Shown here: positions 27,366 through 40,900 of the stretch, piece by piece
Layout of the letters: every line of letters begins with the position of its first letter
Numbering within the stretch: the first letter of the stretch is position 1
Source: Eledone cirrhosa
Lineage: Eukaryota
Length of the DNA: 64,000 bases
Assembly: GCA_964016885.1 (NCBI GenBank)
Contig: OZ024741.1
Coordinates: 374,790,001 to 374,854,000, forward strand
Direction: 5' to 3'
Notes under the pieces: generated by a model
The model's database searches: none
The model's input: the letters and a program-made list of their open reading frames with translations, nothing else
What the model was told of the DNA's origin: nothing
Program-made: the position numbers and the translations under genes

Positions 27366-29631
27366 TAAGTATGTAGAAATAATTTTACATCGGTGATTTG
27401 TTTTCATTCTTCGTACAAAGAAGGGGTATTTGATAACACGTTGATGAGGTGAGCTTTTCGATATTTGAGTTGATAATTCAACAAGATAATGAGTTAACAA
27501 TAAGGTTCTAATGTAAGGTTAATTACATTGTTGGTTCAGTGCTGGTTTTGCTGGCGAAAGGTAAACACGCTGGTATTCGCCATTTTCCATCTGTTGTTAT
27601 GAAGTTACAAAATAATTTACTTCTCTTTTTCTTTTCATAGCCTGAATGGGTTCCAGAAATGTGAGAACTCAAAGGCTCATTAGAATAAAATTGATTGATA
27701 GGTTTTGCTTTTCATCTTTCACAGAGAATAAGAAATTGGAAACCAGGAAGGTCATTTGGCTGTTTGAGAGAAAGTCCGAGGGGAGTTATCTCAGATTCGA
27801 CTCCCTTCCAAACAACAAGTGCTCACATCAAACTCGAGTGACACTTTCAGTTGCCCTAAGAAACGCTCGCCAGAAGATCCAGGAAGTGTGGGGAAAAACA
27901 AATACCTCTATCAAAACGGAAAAAAATTCGCACTACAATCGAGAAATTGTATAAGGAGTATCAAGGACGGAAAAAAGAAAAGTTAAGGATGTCTGACAAA
28001 GAAATTACAAAGCGTGAGATTTGGAAAGGTGATCGCGAGGAAATTTTTGACATTGCAAGCCAGGTTGTTCTCGAACAAAAGGATGTTACATCTGAAAATA
28101 AAGCTTTCCTTGATATTAGATACAGCGGGAAGATCGGATGTCTTCATTCACGGCTGTTGTTGATGCAGAACATGAAAAGAAGATTCATGATATAAAAGTA
28201 AGAAAGAGAAAGCAGGATGAAGTCAAGGAGATGTCCGAGAAAATAGCTCGCGAAAGTTGGTCATCCAGCTCAGTTAGTAATGATGATAATAATCAAGTCA
28301 GTACCGCCCCGAAAATCATCGCAAATAAAGCTGACACTCAACGCCACTCTTGTTGTCAAGTGGCAACGGGAGAAACTATCGGTATGACAAACAAGTACTT
28401 CTTATATTGCAATGACAAAGAGTCTTGGTCATGATGTGTCTGAACTCAACGTTTTATCAAGCAAGAACCACTCACCGTGAGAAGATGACCCGGGAAATCG
28501 AGTTATTCACTTTCCCACCTGAAGACAGATCCTGGCTAGTCTTCCACTGGGATGGAGAATTATTACCATTGGCTTTCAAATCCAGCACATTCGAAGATTG
28601 GATTGCAGTTTTGATTACAGGAAAAGAAAAAGAGGAGCTCTTGTGTGTTCGGATTGTAAGAGATAGAGTAGGAGAAGCCGCTGATGTTTTGAAGGAAAGT
28701 TAACGCCTCAAAATTGAGGATAGAATAATTGGTATGTCCTTCAACACCACTACCAGTAATATCGGCATGAACCAATGAGCTAATTCGAGAATTGAAGCTC
28801 TGAAAAAATCCCTTTTGTGGTTGGCTTGCTGCCATCACATTCTTGAACTGGTTTTCAAGAAAGTCTTCGAGATCTTTTTCCCATTATCTGGTCTGGGACT
28901 TCATTGATAAGTCTCATTATCAAACTATCCGGATGATGATGACTCCATGGAAGATTTTTGCATGCAAAAAAGGTAGGAGATGGTTGATTATCTACTGACT
29001 GTACTGCTTTCTGGAAATCATCCCTGAGAAGATTAAACCGAGTTCATAAAGTTCTCCCTTCTCTATTTTGGTGGTTGGCCATCTCCCCAGTTCTCCTTCT
29101 TGGTCTCAGGAGCTTACCACCAGGCTCATTGGATGGTTAAGGTCATATATGTGATCAAGATATTTCTGTTTAAAGAACAACTTAAACTAACACCACACGA
29201 GTCGAGAGATCTAGAAAATCTAGAATACTTCGTTTTCAGCTATAAATTTCATTCAGAAAAAGTGTTTCTCTCTTTATCCCCCAGATTATTGTTTATTTAG
29301 CATGTCTTTTTTCTGTTAATTTTCATTTTATTTGCCTGCTTATTATAATTTCAACAAGTCTCCCAGAAGACAAAGGGAGCTGTTTCCGGTAATTCATTTC
29401 ATCCATAAAAAGTGTTTCTTTATTTAACCCCAATATTATTGTGTATTTAGAATATATTCCTCTTGCTTATTTTCATTTCATTTAGTTTTGTCGTCTGGTT
29501 TCCTCATTGGATTCAGTAAACAGAAGCATATTATACCATAGGCTAAGTAAAAAAAAAAAATCATCATAAATGAAAAGATGTGTAAGTGTGCAACCTCTAA
29601 ATATTATTCGATTGACGTATAATTAGACATT

Positions 29632-30260
29632 CAGTAATCCCCCGCTATATCGCGGTTCACTTTTCGCGGTCGCGCTACATCATGGATTTTTCTTTGGACC
29701 ATATCTAATTTCCTATCGCGGTAATCTCCGCTACATCGCGGATTATTCATTAGAACATATCTATTTTTTTTATAGCTGTGCGTCTGAATAAAAAGTGTTT
29801 AAAATTTAAACCTATAAAATTAGTTTCGATGTGATTGAAGTGTATAGTGTAAGGGAGGGGCTTCTTAAGGCTTGAACTATACAAAATGTTTCTATTTTTC
29901 ATTCCATTACTGTTTTACTGATTGTGTTTTTTCTATAATCTACTACAAACCCTTCATAGATTGACGGGATATGTATAGTGTATTACTAAGTGGCTATCGT
30001 GGCTGGCAATGGTCGTCATTGGTAACTAGTGGTACAATCGTTGATGGTAGTTTTGTATACGATCGTTACTGGCTGATTTTGGTGTTTAAATACAAAAGTG
30101 TGTTTTAATGAGTTTATATGTACTTAAATCGTGTAGGAGAGGTATTTTAACGCTTAAACTATGAAAATAAAGTTGTCTTTAGGGTTTCTCTGTACCGCGG
30201 ATTTTCATTTATCGCGGTTGGTTCTGGAACGTATCCCCCGCGATAATCGGGGGATTACTG
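29632..30260. mobile_element. Tigger/pogo-like MITE
   Basis: TIRs cagtaatcccccg..tatcgcgg / ccgcgataatcgggggattactg, followed by TA. Confidence 0.8.
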
Positions 30261-30763
30261 TACTTCGTTATTTCATCAATTCGAACAAGATAGTTCTGTT
30301 CAAAGAACAGCTTAAGCTAACACCATGTAAGTCAAGAGATCTACAAAAAGTCATTTCTGGTTATAAATTTCATTCTTAAAAAGTATTTATCTCTTTAACC
30401 TCAATATTATTGTGTTTTTAGAACATATTCCTCCTGCTTATTTTCATTTAATTTCCTTCTGTCATGTGGTTTCCTCATTGGATTCAGCAAGGTGAGCAGA
30501 AATGACAATATACCTCAGGCCAGATCTAAAAAATCGCCATAAATAAAAAGATGTGAAAGTGTACAACCTTTAAATATTATTTGATTGATTTATAATTCGA
30601 CATAAATCAACTCAAATACGGGTGTAATCGACATGTGATGATTACCGAATAGTTTGCAAAACGGAACATTCTAATGAACAATTATACAAACTAGGTAATT
30701 TGCATATTGATAAAGTAATGGTTTGCATAAGAGAAACCCTATAGTTTATGTTGATTACTAACT

Positions 30764-30994
30764 TCTTCTTTGTCTTAAGCCAGAAGGCTCATTTGGCAGG
30801 TGCTTATCCCGGTTTCATGGCGTGAAGCGACCGAGAGCACAAGACGACTCCCCCCTGGACAGGACGCCAGTCCATCGCAGGGTTAAACACCCAGCTATTG
30901 CTGGTACTCATTTTCGGCTGAGTATACTGGAGCAACGAACCCACGACATTATGATCATAAGTCCAACACCCTTACCACTAGGCCACGTGCCTCC
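30764..30994 (-). mobile_element. tRNA-derived SINE of a second family (V/Meta-SINE-like core)
   Basis: Head ggaggcacgtggcctagtggtaag...gggttcg, core cctgcgatggactggcgtcctgtccaggg; attactaact duplicated on both sides. Confidence 0.75.
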
Positions 30995-31353
30995 ACAATT
31001 ACTAACTAGAGATGATTAAACATAAAAATGATATTTTAATAATTCATTTGCAGGATATAATTTCATAGATGTCCAGTATGTATGTACAAATGATATACAA
31101 GATTAACTGTATGAGTAACTTTAGAGAAATAACTATTTACAGTCAAATGTAGGGTTAGTGTGATTGGAAAGCGAATTGGAAAGCATCATGACTGTGTATG
31201 CGTGTGTATGCATTTGTGTGTGTAAATTTTAAAGTTACAGATGGATATATAAATAACACACACACACACATACACACACACGCACACACACACGCACAGA
31301 CATACACACACACGCACGCACACACATACACACACACACACACATACACACGT

Positions 31354-31400
<47 letters not shown>

Positions 31401-31794
31401 TGGTATCCACCTAATTATGGTGGGGTCGACAACATTGTTAGAACTCAATGCAGCCTTGAATAGATGGTTTCAATGACATTAGGCGGTGAGAGCTATAGGT
31501 TTTGCAGTAGGATCTCATCGCATAAACTTCCTTCAAAGATTCTACTCGAGTTACAGTCTTTTATATATGTATCTGTATTGAACAATAAAAATGAACCAGA
31601 AGCCGAAAATAGGTCTTAATTAGTTCAACTACACACACACACACACACACATATATATAACAAGGATGTGCGGACAACATATAGGGTCATAAAGGGGCCG
31701 ATCGTTCGTTGAGGAAATAACATCACATGTCCGGCCGGACTCTTGTATCAAGAAAAGTAAGCCTTTTCCAAATCTAAAGGTTTTTATATTTCAT

Positions 31795-31856
<62 letters not shown>

Positions 31857-31863
31857 AATGAAA

Positions 31864-32487
31864 TACCAATGATCGTTGGCAAATCACTGATGAGGGACTC
31901 ATTTCATAACATGCAATCCATGTGCAACCATGCAGTATTCTTCTCCCCATATTTTTCACATATATTTACCTAAACTGCGATTCTGTGTTTCTCTCTTTCT
32001 CTCTTACTGCGCCCTCGTTCTCTCTGTTTCTCTTACTTTCTTTCGTCCCCTCTGTCATGTCAGTTAACACTTTCTCTCTACTGACCTCTTCCTCGCACTT
32101 CCACTCACTCACTCTCTGTTTCTCCCCTTCTTACCTCCTCCCACTCGCTACGAAAACGATTTTCCTTCTTTCTTACATCGGATTCACTAGCGGAAGGTCT
32201 GTTTCTTTCTCGCACATGTATTCAAACAGCTTATACTGACAGAATAACCATGTTGCTTGTGTTTCTTTCTATCTTCGGTTAGCTTTCCCCCGTGTTGTTT
32301 ACTTGTCTCAGTCGCTTTACGCGTTTCAATTGTCCTAATAACTTATTTTAGTTATTTTCGCACCAACGTGAGGTATATGATTTTTAATGCGATGAAATAC
32401 CAATGATCGTTGGCAAATCACTGATGAGGGACTCATTTCATAACATGCAATCCATGTGCAACCATGCAGTATTCTTCTCCCCATATT

Positions 32488-32493
<6 letters not shown>
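31864..32493 (+). mobile_element. PLE-like relic bounded by about 100-bp direct repeats, inside (TA)n
   Basis: taccaatgatcgttggcaaatcactgatgaggg...ccccatatttttca occurs at both ends and holds a degenerate hammerhead (CTGATGA, stem acatg/catgt, no GAAA). Confidence 0.5.
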
Positions 32494-32529
<36 letters not shown>

Positions 32530-32705
32530 GGCGGGCTGTGCGATTGCAAATAAGTAAAATGAAAATAAAAGTTACGGGCGAAAGAGGGCAATATCCATCG
32601 TCAGTTGTCTACTAGGAATCATGGGTATTTCCTCGAGTTAGAGACAAGATACCTCAGCCTAGGGTGAACAATAACTAAAATAAGTTATTGGGATAAAAAA
32701 GAAGG

Positions 32706-32812
<107 letters not shown>

Positions 32813-32996
32813 TGTCTTCAGAAGACAGCATATATATGTGAAGGTATGTATATTTCCTCTGATAGTTTGTAATATTTTTACATAGATCTATATGATATAC
32901 ATCCCAACACACATATATATCCTAGAAACGATCGTAAAATGATGAATTTTTTAATATAAGGAACTTGTTCTTTGTTTTTATTCATTGTTTTTATTA

Positions 32997-33060
<64 letters not shown>

Positions 33061-33221
33061 CAAAAGAATGAAGAATAACATTGTCGGCTGTACAGTAGGG
33101 TTTATTTACCGTCTTAACAATTGTTTTATTAGTTCGGTGTGTCTAAAAGTCGCTGATCGTTAGAAGTTACGTCACTCGACCTTAATCACAGTCGATACTC
33201 GACCAAATCGTCAGAATACTG

Positions 33222-33806
<585 letters not shown>

Positions 33807-33810
<4 letters not shown>

Positions 33811-34193
33811 AAGTATGACCCCGACGGCAGAGCTCAAGCCGTTTCGACGGCTATTTCTGGACTAAAGTAAGAGTTTTTTAGTCTGGTAAATAAATAGCCG
33901 AAATTTTCAAGGGGTACTTCCTTATATGGGAAGATTGTAGTTGTCAAGAGGATTGGTCAAAATTCGTAGCAGACACAGAAAATCTTCCCATATAAGGAAG
34001 TTTCCCTTGAAAAGTTCGGCTATTTATTTACCAGACAAAAAAAACTCTTACTTTAGTCCAGAAATAGCCGGCGAAACGGCTTGAGCTCTGCCGTCGGGGT
34101 CATACTTTCTCCTATTACTCACTCTACTACCCTAAGTATTGAGTACTCTGGTGCGTTATGGTCCATCTAGTTCCTTACCACACCTCCTTCGTT
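33807..34193 (+). mobile_element. PLE-type fold-back stub in (TA)n; arms 33807-33936 and 33981-34111
   Basis: About 130-bp inverted repeat containing a hammerhead; second family member at 55391-55590. Confidence 0.75.
34003..34099 (+). ncRNA. Hammerhead ribozyme, U3-A8 core variant (mirror copy at 33818-33915, minus)
   Basis: Stem I (t/ac)ccc/gggg(t), core TTGAAAA 34007-34013, long stem II cggctattt/aaatagccg, GAAAC, stem III acggc/gccgt, GTC ending at 34095. Confidence 0.75.
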
Positions 34194-34200
34194 ATATATA

Positions 34201-34271
<71 letters not shown>

Positions 34272-34357
34272 TACTAGGGAGAGGATCAGGGGTGTATAAC
34301 ACTCCACTTATCCAGCAGGCAGTATAAGGTTAGCTCGATGTCTGAGGACAGAGCCGT

Positions 34358-34971
34358 GATATAATAAATAACAAAGAACGCCTATAGCATATGCATATCT
34401 TTACTTGCTAACATTGTTTCATCCGCACTATAAGTGGGACTCATCAGAGCATAAAGGTTAATTACATACCACACAAGCAATAACAAATCCAAGACATTGA
34501 AGAATGAAAAATAATAGAAGATAAAGGATATTAAGGAAGTAAAAGTAAAATAAAAATAAAAATAATAAAATAAACAATGAAAAATAAGGGGTGCTATCAG
34601 TCACAGTTGGGCGGGGTGCTGTCAACATATAGTTACATACAAGCATACACATGGATAAGAGAACAGACAAGAGTAGATAAGATAGATAGGATTAGGTAAG
34701 AGTAGGTAAAAAATAGGTGAAAAACAGACTTATAATATATATAAGAAAATATAAAAAAATATATAACAAACTTACATATAAAATATAAAATATACAGATA
34801 ATAGTGATACAGGGTAAGGAATGAAATAAAATAATATAAAATTAAAATTAAAATTATATAAAATAGAACATAATATAATATAATCATAAAATAAGATAAA
34901 ATAAGGTAAACTAAAATAAAATAAAATAGACTAAAGTAAAATAATATAATATAAGATATAATTAAATGTAA

Positions 34972-35007
<36 letters not shown>

Positions 35008-35911
35008 AATTAAGTAAATAAATAAAATTAAAATTAAAATTAAATAAATAAATAAATAAATAAATAAGTAAATAAATAAATAAATGAAATTAAATAAATA
35101 AATAAATAAAATTAAATAAAATGAAATGAAATAAAATAAAATGAAATAAAGTAAATTGAGATAAGATATATATTTTTTTATAATATATCTCTTGAATATA
35201 TCAGGGGCCCACGAAGGCACTAAGTGTCACAGTTATCTGTATCACTTGACCATTTTTTTAGAATATATTTCTTGAAAATATTTCTTGAAAATATCAGGGA
35301 TCCATTTAATTATATCTTATATTATATTATTTTACTTTAGTCTATTTTATTTTATTTTAGTTTACCTTATTTTATCTTATTTTATGATTATATTATATTA
35401 TGTTCTATTTTATATAATTTTAATTTTAATTTTATATTATTTTATTTCATTCCTTACCCTGTATCACTATTATCTGTATATTTTATATTTTATATGTAAG
35501 TTTGTTATATATTTTTTTATATTTTCTTATATATATTATAAGTCTGTTTTTCACCTATTTTTTACCTACTCTTACCTAATCCTATCTATCTTATCTACTC
35601 TTGTCTGTTCTCTTATCCATGTGTATGCTTGTATGTAACTATATGTTGACAGCACCCCGCCCAACTGTGACTGATAGCACCCCTTATTTTTCATTGTTTA
35701 TTTTATTATTTTTATTTTTATTTTACTTTTACTTCCTTAATATCCTTTATCTTCTATTATTTTTCATTCTTCAATGTCTTGGATTTGTTATTGCTTGTGT
35801 GGTATGTAATTAACCTTTATGCTCTGATGAGTCCCACTTATAGTGCGGATGAAACAATGTTAGCAAGTAAAGATATGCATATGCTATAGGCGTTCTTTGT
35901 TATTTATTATA
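34358..35911. mobile_element. About 610-bp near-perfect inverted repeat (34358-34968 / 35303-35911), PLE pseudo-LTR type
   Basis: The arms give identical translations in the ORF track; each arm carries a hammerhead; right end abuts (TA)n. Confidence 0.85.
35820..35865 (+). ncRNA. Minimal type I hammerhead ribozyme (mirror copy at 34406-34451, minus)
   Basis: Stem I tgct/agca, CTGATGA, stem II gtcc-cac...gtg-c-ggat, GAAAC-aat-GTT. Confidence 0.8.
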
Positions 35912-36409
35912 TATATATATATATGTATGTAAAAGGTATACAGAAATAACAACACAATCGGTACAGTTTATAGAAGGTATATATTAGGTTAACGCTTGAT
36001 ATAGCAGGAAGAGGGTCGTAACGTTTCGGTCCTAGTCATTCATCAGAAGAATGAATTATATATATATATATACACTAACATACGTTGTATATTATTATGG
36101 TTGGCTGTGAAGTATCATAGAGAACTGTTGTTCGCAGAATATCTAAACTTCCAGTTTAATAGTTCTATATGGCAGTTGAATATCTGAACTCGCAGCTGAA
36201 AATACTCTTCTACGAAATACGTCTTCTACTTGGGTGGTTCGTCTGTCTACTCTACTTGGAGTGCCAGCTGTGTGGGACTTCCGAAGCTCGCATTGGATTT
36301 ATACTGTCTGGCGCCTGGATACACGTCTCTAGGCATATGAGTCTCGAGTTCTAGTGAGGAATTGGCCTAACTATCAAACTCCAATCTGAATTTTGTTTGC
36401 AATAAGAAA

Positions 36410-36640
36410 CTACTTCTTAACTGTCTCAATTTTTTCTCAACCGTCTCACTACTTCTCAACTGTCTCATTACTTCTCAACTGTCTCATTACTTCTCAACTG
36501 TCTGACTACTTCTCAACTGTCTGACTACTTCTCAACTGTCTGACTACTTCTCAACTGTCTGACTACTTCTCAACTGTCTCATTACTTCTCAACTGTCTCA
36601 TTACTTCTGAACTGTCTCATTACTTTTCCACTGTCTTACT
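36410..36640. repeat. 19-bp minisatellite (ttctcaactgtct(c/g)a(t/c)tac)
   Basis: About 11 tandem copies. Confidence 0.9.
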
Positions 36641-37281
36641 TCTTCACGACTTCCTGACGTCTTTCTGATTGCTTCTTAGCCGCCCACAACTTTTTAACGG
36701 TGTAGGATAAATCTTAGACAAAAAAAGCTTACCTTCTGGGTTATGTATTATGTATTGTTATATAAAACTGCAGCTAATTCTCATTGTCAATTTTAATTGC
36801 CAGTCGTTTTATAAACGATTTCAGTGATTAAAGAGTCATTGGCCTAAATCTGTAACATTTAAATATCATATTTAACGAGAAATGCTTAAAGTTTTCTAAC
36901 CTACAGTTTGTAACCTTCTTTCAATATACCAAGATAAGAATTAATTCGCTACTCAGGCAAGCTTCTCCCATGCTTCATTTTGTAGAACTTACTGATTAAA
37001 ATCTTATAGTTTGTTAAATTATCAGGAAATGGGTAATTTCAAAATTTTGTAATTAGAAGAAAGGTGAAGAAGAAGAAGAAGAAGAAGAAGAAGAAAAAAA
37101 AAAAGAAGAAGAAGAAGAAGAAGAAGAAGAAGAAGAAGAAGAAGAAGAAGCGAGATAGAGAAAGAGAGAGAGAGATAGTATTGTACGTTCGTGTGGGTGT
37201 ATGCGTGTGTATGAGCCTACGCGGGCGTGTGTGTATGTGCGTGTAATGTCAACTTCCACCTATATCTTTCGTTTCTTATTA

Positions 37282-37860
37282 GGCGGCCGTGGATTGGCAG
37301 TGTCGGTAGAGCGTCAGACACCATGCTTTGCCCTTTACGTTCTGAGTTCAAATCCTGCCGAGGTTAACTTTGCCTTTCATCCTTACAGGGTCGATAAAAT
37401 ATAGTACCAGTAATACACTGTGTAATTGTTGGTCTTGTGCCAAAAGTAGAAACAATTATTAGGCGGTGGATTGGTAGTATCGGTAGGGGGTCGGGTGCTA
37501 TACTTTGCAGCATAGAGTTACTGCCCTTTACGGTCTCAGTTCAAATCCCGCCAAGGTTAACTTTGCCTTTCATCCCTACGGGGTCGATAAAATAAAGTAC
37601 TTAGATAATTGCTGGTCTTGTGCCAAAAGTAGAAACAATTATTTCTATGACGTTTTGCTTTTTAAGGGTGGTGCATTGGCAGAAATATTAGAGCACCAGA
37701 CAAAAGGCTTTGGGGATTTGTTTCGGTTCTTTATGTTCTGAGTTCAAATCCTGTCGTGGTCAACTTTGCCTTAAATCCTTCCGGAGTTCGTAAAATAAGA
37801 TATCATTTAAGTAGTGGGGTCCAAGTAATCGATTATATCCACTCCTTTAAATTTATGGTC
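37282..37860 (+). mobile_element. Three tandem tRNA-SINE copies (about 37282-37460, 37462-37645, 37665-37860)
   Basis: Each has a ttggcag-like A box, gttcaaatcc B box and the family body; the first two are joined at gaaacaattatt. Confidence 0.85.
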
Positions 37861-37863
37861 TTC

Positions 37864-37883
37864 TATCTATCTATCTACCAACG

Positions 37884-37962
<79 letters not shown>

Positions 37963-37985
37963 ATATCTCTATCTATCTATATATC
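37864..37985. repeat. (TATC)n / (GATA)n microsatellite, 5' flank of the LINE tandem
   Basis: Direct inspection. Confidence 0.95.
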
Positions 37986-37988
37986 CAC

Positions 37989-40900
37989 CTGGGATGGACA
38001 CATGTGCTGAGCTCGCTCGGTAAGTTTCGTTTAAATTTATCTGGAAATTGTGAACTGTAAACTTTCATTTTCGTACCATTTTGTAGAGGGACTGCCAGGT
38101 CAAATTTTGATCTGGTCAGTCTCTCAAAATATTCTACGCCTTTCGGCGAAATAGTGTTGTAAACATTTTATCTTTCGAAAAATTTCGAAAAATCCTATTT
38201 TGATAAAAATGGCTGAAGCATCTTCACCAACAGTCAAAGGAAGAAAAGGGAAGTCATACTCACAGCTTCCCCCTGCCACTGTCACAGCAGCAGATGCCAA
38301 AGGCAGAGGTCAGCCAGAGGAAGAACTTTCTTCACCTGTTGACCGACAACTTGATGTAGCCACAACTATACAAGAAACTGAAAACAACAACAACAACGAC
38401 AACAACAGCAACAATAAAGACAACAAAAACAACAACAACACAAACGTCACAAGTATCCACACACCAAACGAGAAAGACAACAACAACAAAGATGAAAACA
38501 ACTCAAACGACGAGAAACAAAACAATACAAACACCAACAACGAAAACAAAATATCTTTTGCACAAACGGCTAAATTATCAGTCACTTATGTGCTTGAAGA
38601 TATTTCAAAAGCCAAAGAAATGCTGGAAAAAGCCAAAAAATATGTATCTTTTGGCGAAAACGGTTCGTTTTCTATAAATTCACCTCCAGAACTAAAAAAA
38701 CGGACGGAATTACGAACTGTCGTATTCCGTACAATTTTAAATAAAACAAAAAAACCAGCACAACCATCTCAAGCTGAAATTCAGTTAGTACTGAAAGAAG
38801 CGATGAAAGACATCACTTTCATACAAAAGGATAAACTCTATGGGAGTTTATCCATATTGATGAAAGACGAATTGGCGGCGAAAAAATACTCTGTGTCGCC
38901 AATTCGTTCCACACACTACACCTTCTTCCCCACCAGAGAATATGGATAACCCAGAGAATATGGATAACCACCATCACCCCAAACATAAACTACTGGTGGT
39001 TACTAACCGGTTTCCTCAATTTAGACGAGGACAACCTCATTTCAACAGGGAAGGCATCCGGCGACGCGTTCAGTGGAACGAGTATCGAAGTTCTGACACA
39101 AATAAGGCCAGAACGTATCGCCCAAATCCCTGAGCGCGTCATGCTGGATGACCGTACCCACCTCAACATTATTGTGGAGGGTAGGCGTCCCTCCTGTTAC
39201 CTCTGTGGCAATAGAGGTCACCTGAGGGCTGCCTGTCCCCAGCTCACACAGAAAAAAACACTGCTACCAACACCAACACCACCCCAACAACAACAACAAA
39301 AACAACCACAACAACAAAAACCAACAACACCACCACCACCACCACCACAACAACAACAACAACAAACGTGAAAAAACAACACAGAATGCTGTCCCACCCA
39401 ACCCCTCCCCACCCAAAACAAATACAAAAACACACACACCGCAAACACTACCAGAAAACATACCCCTCCCACCCAACAAGGAAGACGAACCCCTTTCGTC
39501 GCAAGACGAAAAAGATCCCTTCCAAACAGTAAAAAGAAAGAAGAGGAGGCGCACCACAGACACACTTGTTAACATTAACCCCCCCCCAAAAGAACACAAA
39601 CTACATACAACCCCCCCCCCCCGTCACACAACACTAACTGCTACGCAAAAAAAGACTTTACAATATACAAACATGAACACAGACAACAAAGAACTACTGA
39701 AAACAATTTCATCAAACCCTTCGGTCCAAACTGAAGGGCCTAACTTTATAACTGCTGTGGGACTACCTAATTTAAAAATGATTAAAGTCCCAATGAACTT
39801 TTATAAAACACTGAAAATAAATTTCACGGAGGACGTGGACCCCCTCCCCCCTGCGCCAAACCAATCAACCGCGTCCTCCTAAAAAAATTCACCCCCCACC
39901 CCACCCCACCCAGACATCCACTCAGCCACAAACACCCCAACCCCACAACACACTGATGCCCCTTCACTTCCACAAACCACCACCCCACCAAACAACCCAT
40001 CCCCAACCAGCATGGAAATTGAGCGGCCCGTTTCCCGGGACGCAGAGAGGTAAGTGCCTTTTCTCTGTACCACCAACATGGCTGTGCTAAGAGTAGGGTG
40101 TCTAAATGCGCGTGGCCTGGGCTCATCTTGGAAGCAAGCAATGCTTCTAAATGACCTCAGGTCACGATCTATAAATGTGATGGTTACCTGCGAGGCCCGG
40201 ATCAGCAGCATGCGACAGCTGGCCCCCACCTTTGACGACTTTGAGATGCACGCATCTCTCTGTCAGCTCGGAGGTGGGGGTGGGGTTGTCGTTCTGCTGC
40301 AAAAACATCTGGGTCTTGCCACACAGATAGTTCACTTGGGCCTAGGTTACCTGGATGCGGTGCTAGCGGCGGCAGGCTTCGGACCCGTTTTCAGGGGCTG
40401 GATCACTGCTATGCACAGCAGCCGCATCTGCTCTAGGGTCAAGGTGAACGGCTACCTCTCGGAGCCGTTCAAAATCGCGCGGTCCATCCGACAAGGGTGC
40501 CCTCTCTCCTCCCTTCTGTATGTGTTGACTCTCGAGCCACTACTGCGGAAGTTGGAGTTGTTGCAGGGCATCCCGTTGGAACCGGGATTGCGGAAAGCGG
40601 TGTCGGCCTACACCGATGACGTGACAGTAATGGTGTCGACGGCCTCCGAAATCGGGGCGGTCGGCACCTTACTGGAGGAGTACGAAAGGTTCACAGGGGC
40701 TAAGCTGAACCGGGACAAGTCGATCGGTTTGCAACTCGGCACGTGGAGGGGCAGACCGATGCTCTCCGATGGCGTCGTCGGACGCTGGACGGAGGGCCCG
40801 GTGAAGTTGCTCGGGGTCTGGTTCGGACCAGACCTCCAGGTGGAGAAGAACTGGGCGGAGGTTACGAACAGGGTGTTTGCCCTGACCCAGAAGTGGGCCA

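Larger units (their letters stand above)
26885..30741 (+). mobile_element. Decayed hAT-superfamily (hATm-like) DNA transposon; transposase relic at about 27646-29220
   Basis: Motifs HWDGELLP, IIGMSFNTTTSNIG, LLWLACCHHILEL, GAYHQAHWMVKVIY; weak TIRs tagagtgtttcatat / tagggtttctcttat. Boundaries uncertain, no TSD seen. Confidence 0.65.

Noticed and set aside
32615-32665. Minus-strand CTGAGGT...GAAAT hammerhead-like motif
   Set aside because: A9 missing and helices weak.
36010-36052. Minus-strand CTGATGA...GAAAC hammerhead
   Set aside because: Stems I and II do not pair; at best a relic.
38128-38156. cgcc-tttc-ggcg-aaatag as a ribozyme in the LINE 5'UTR
   Set aside because: No hammerhead core and no HDV P2/P3 partners found; the hairpin is imperfect in copy B.
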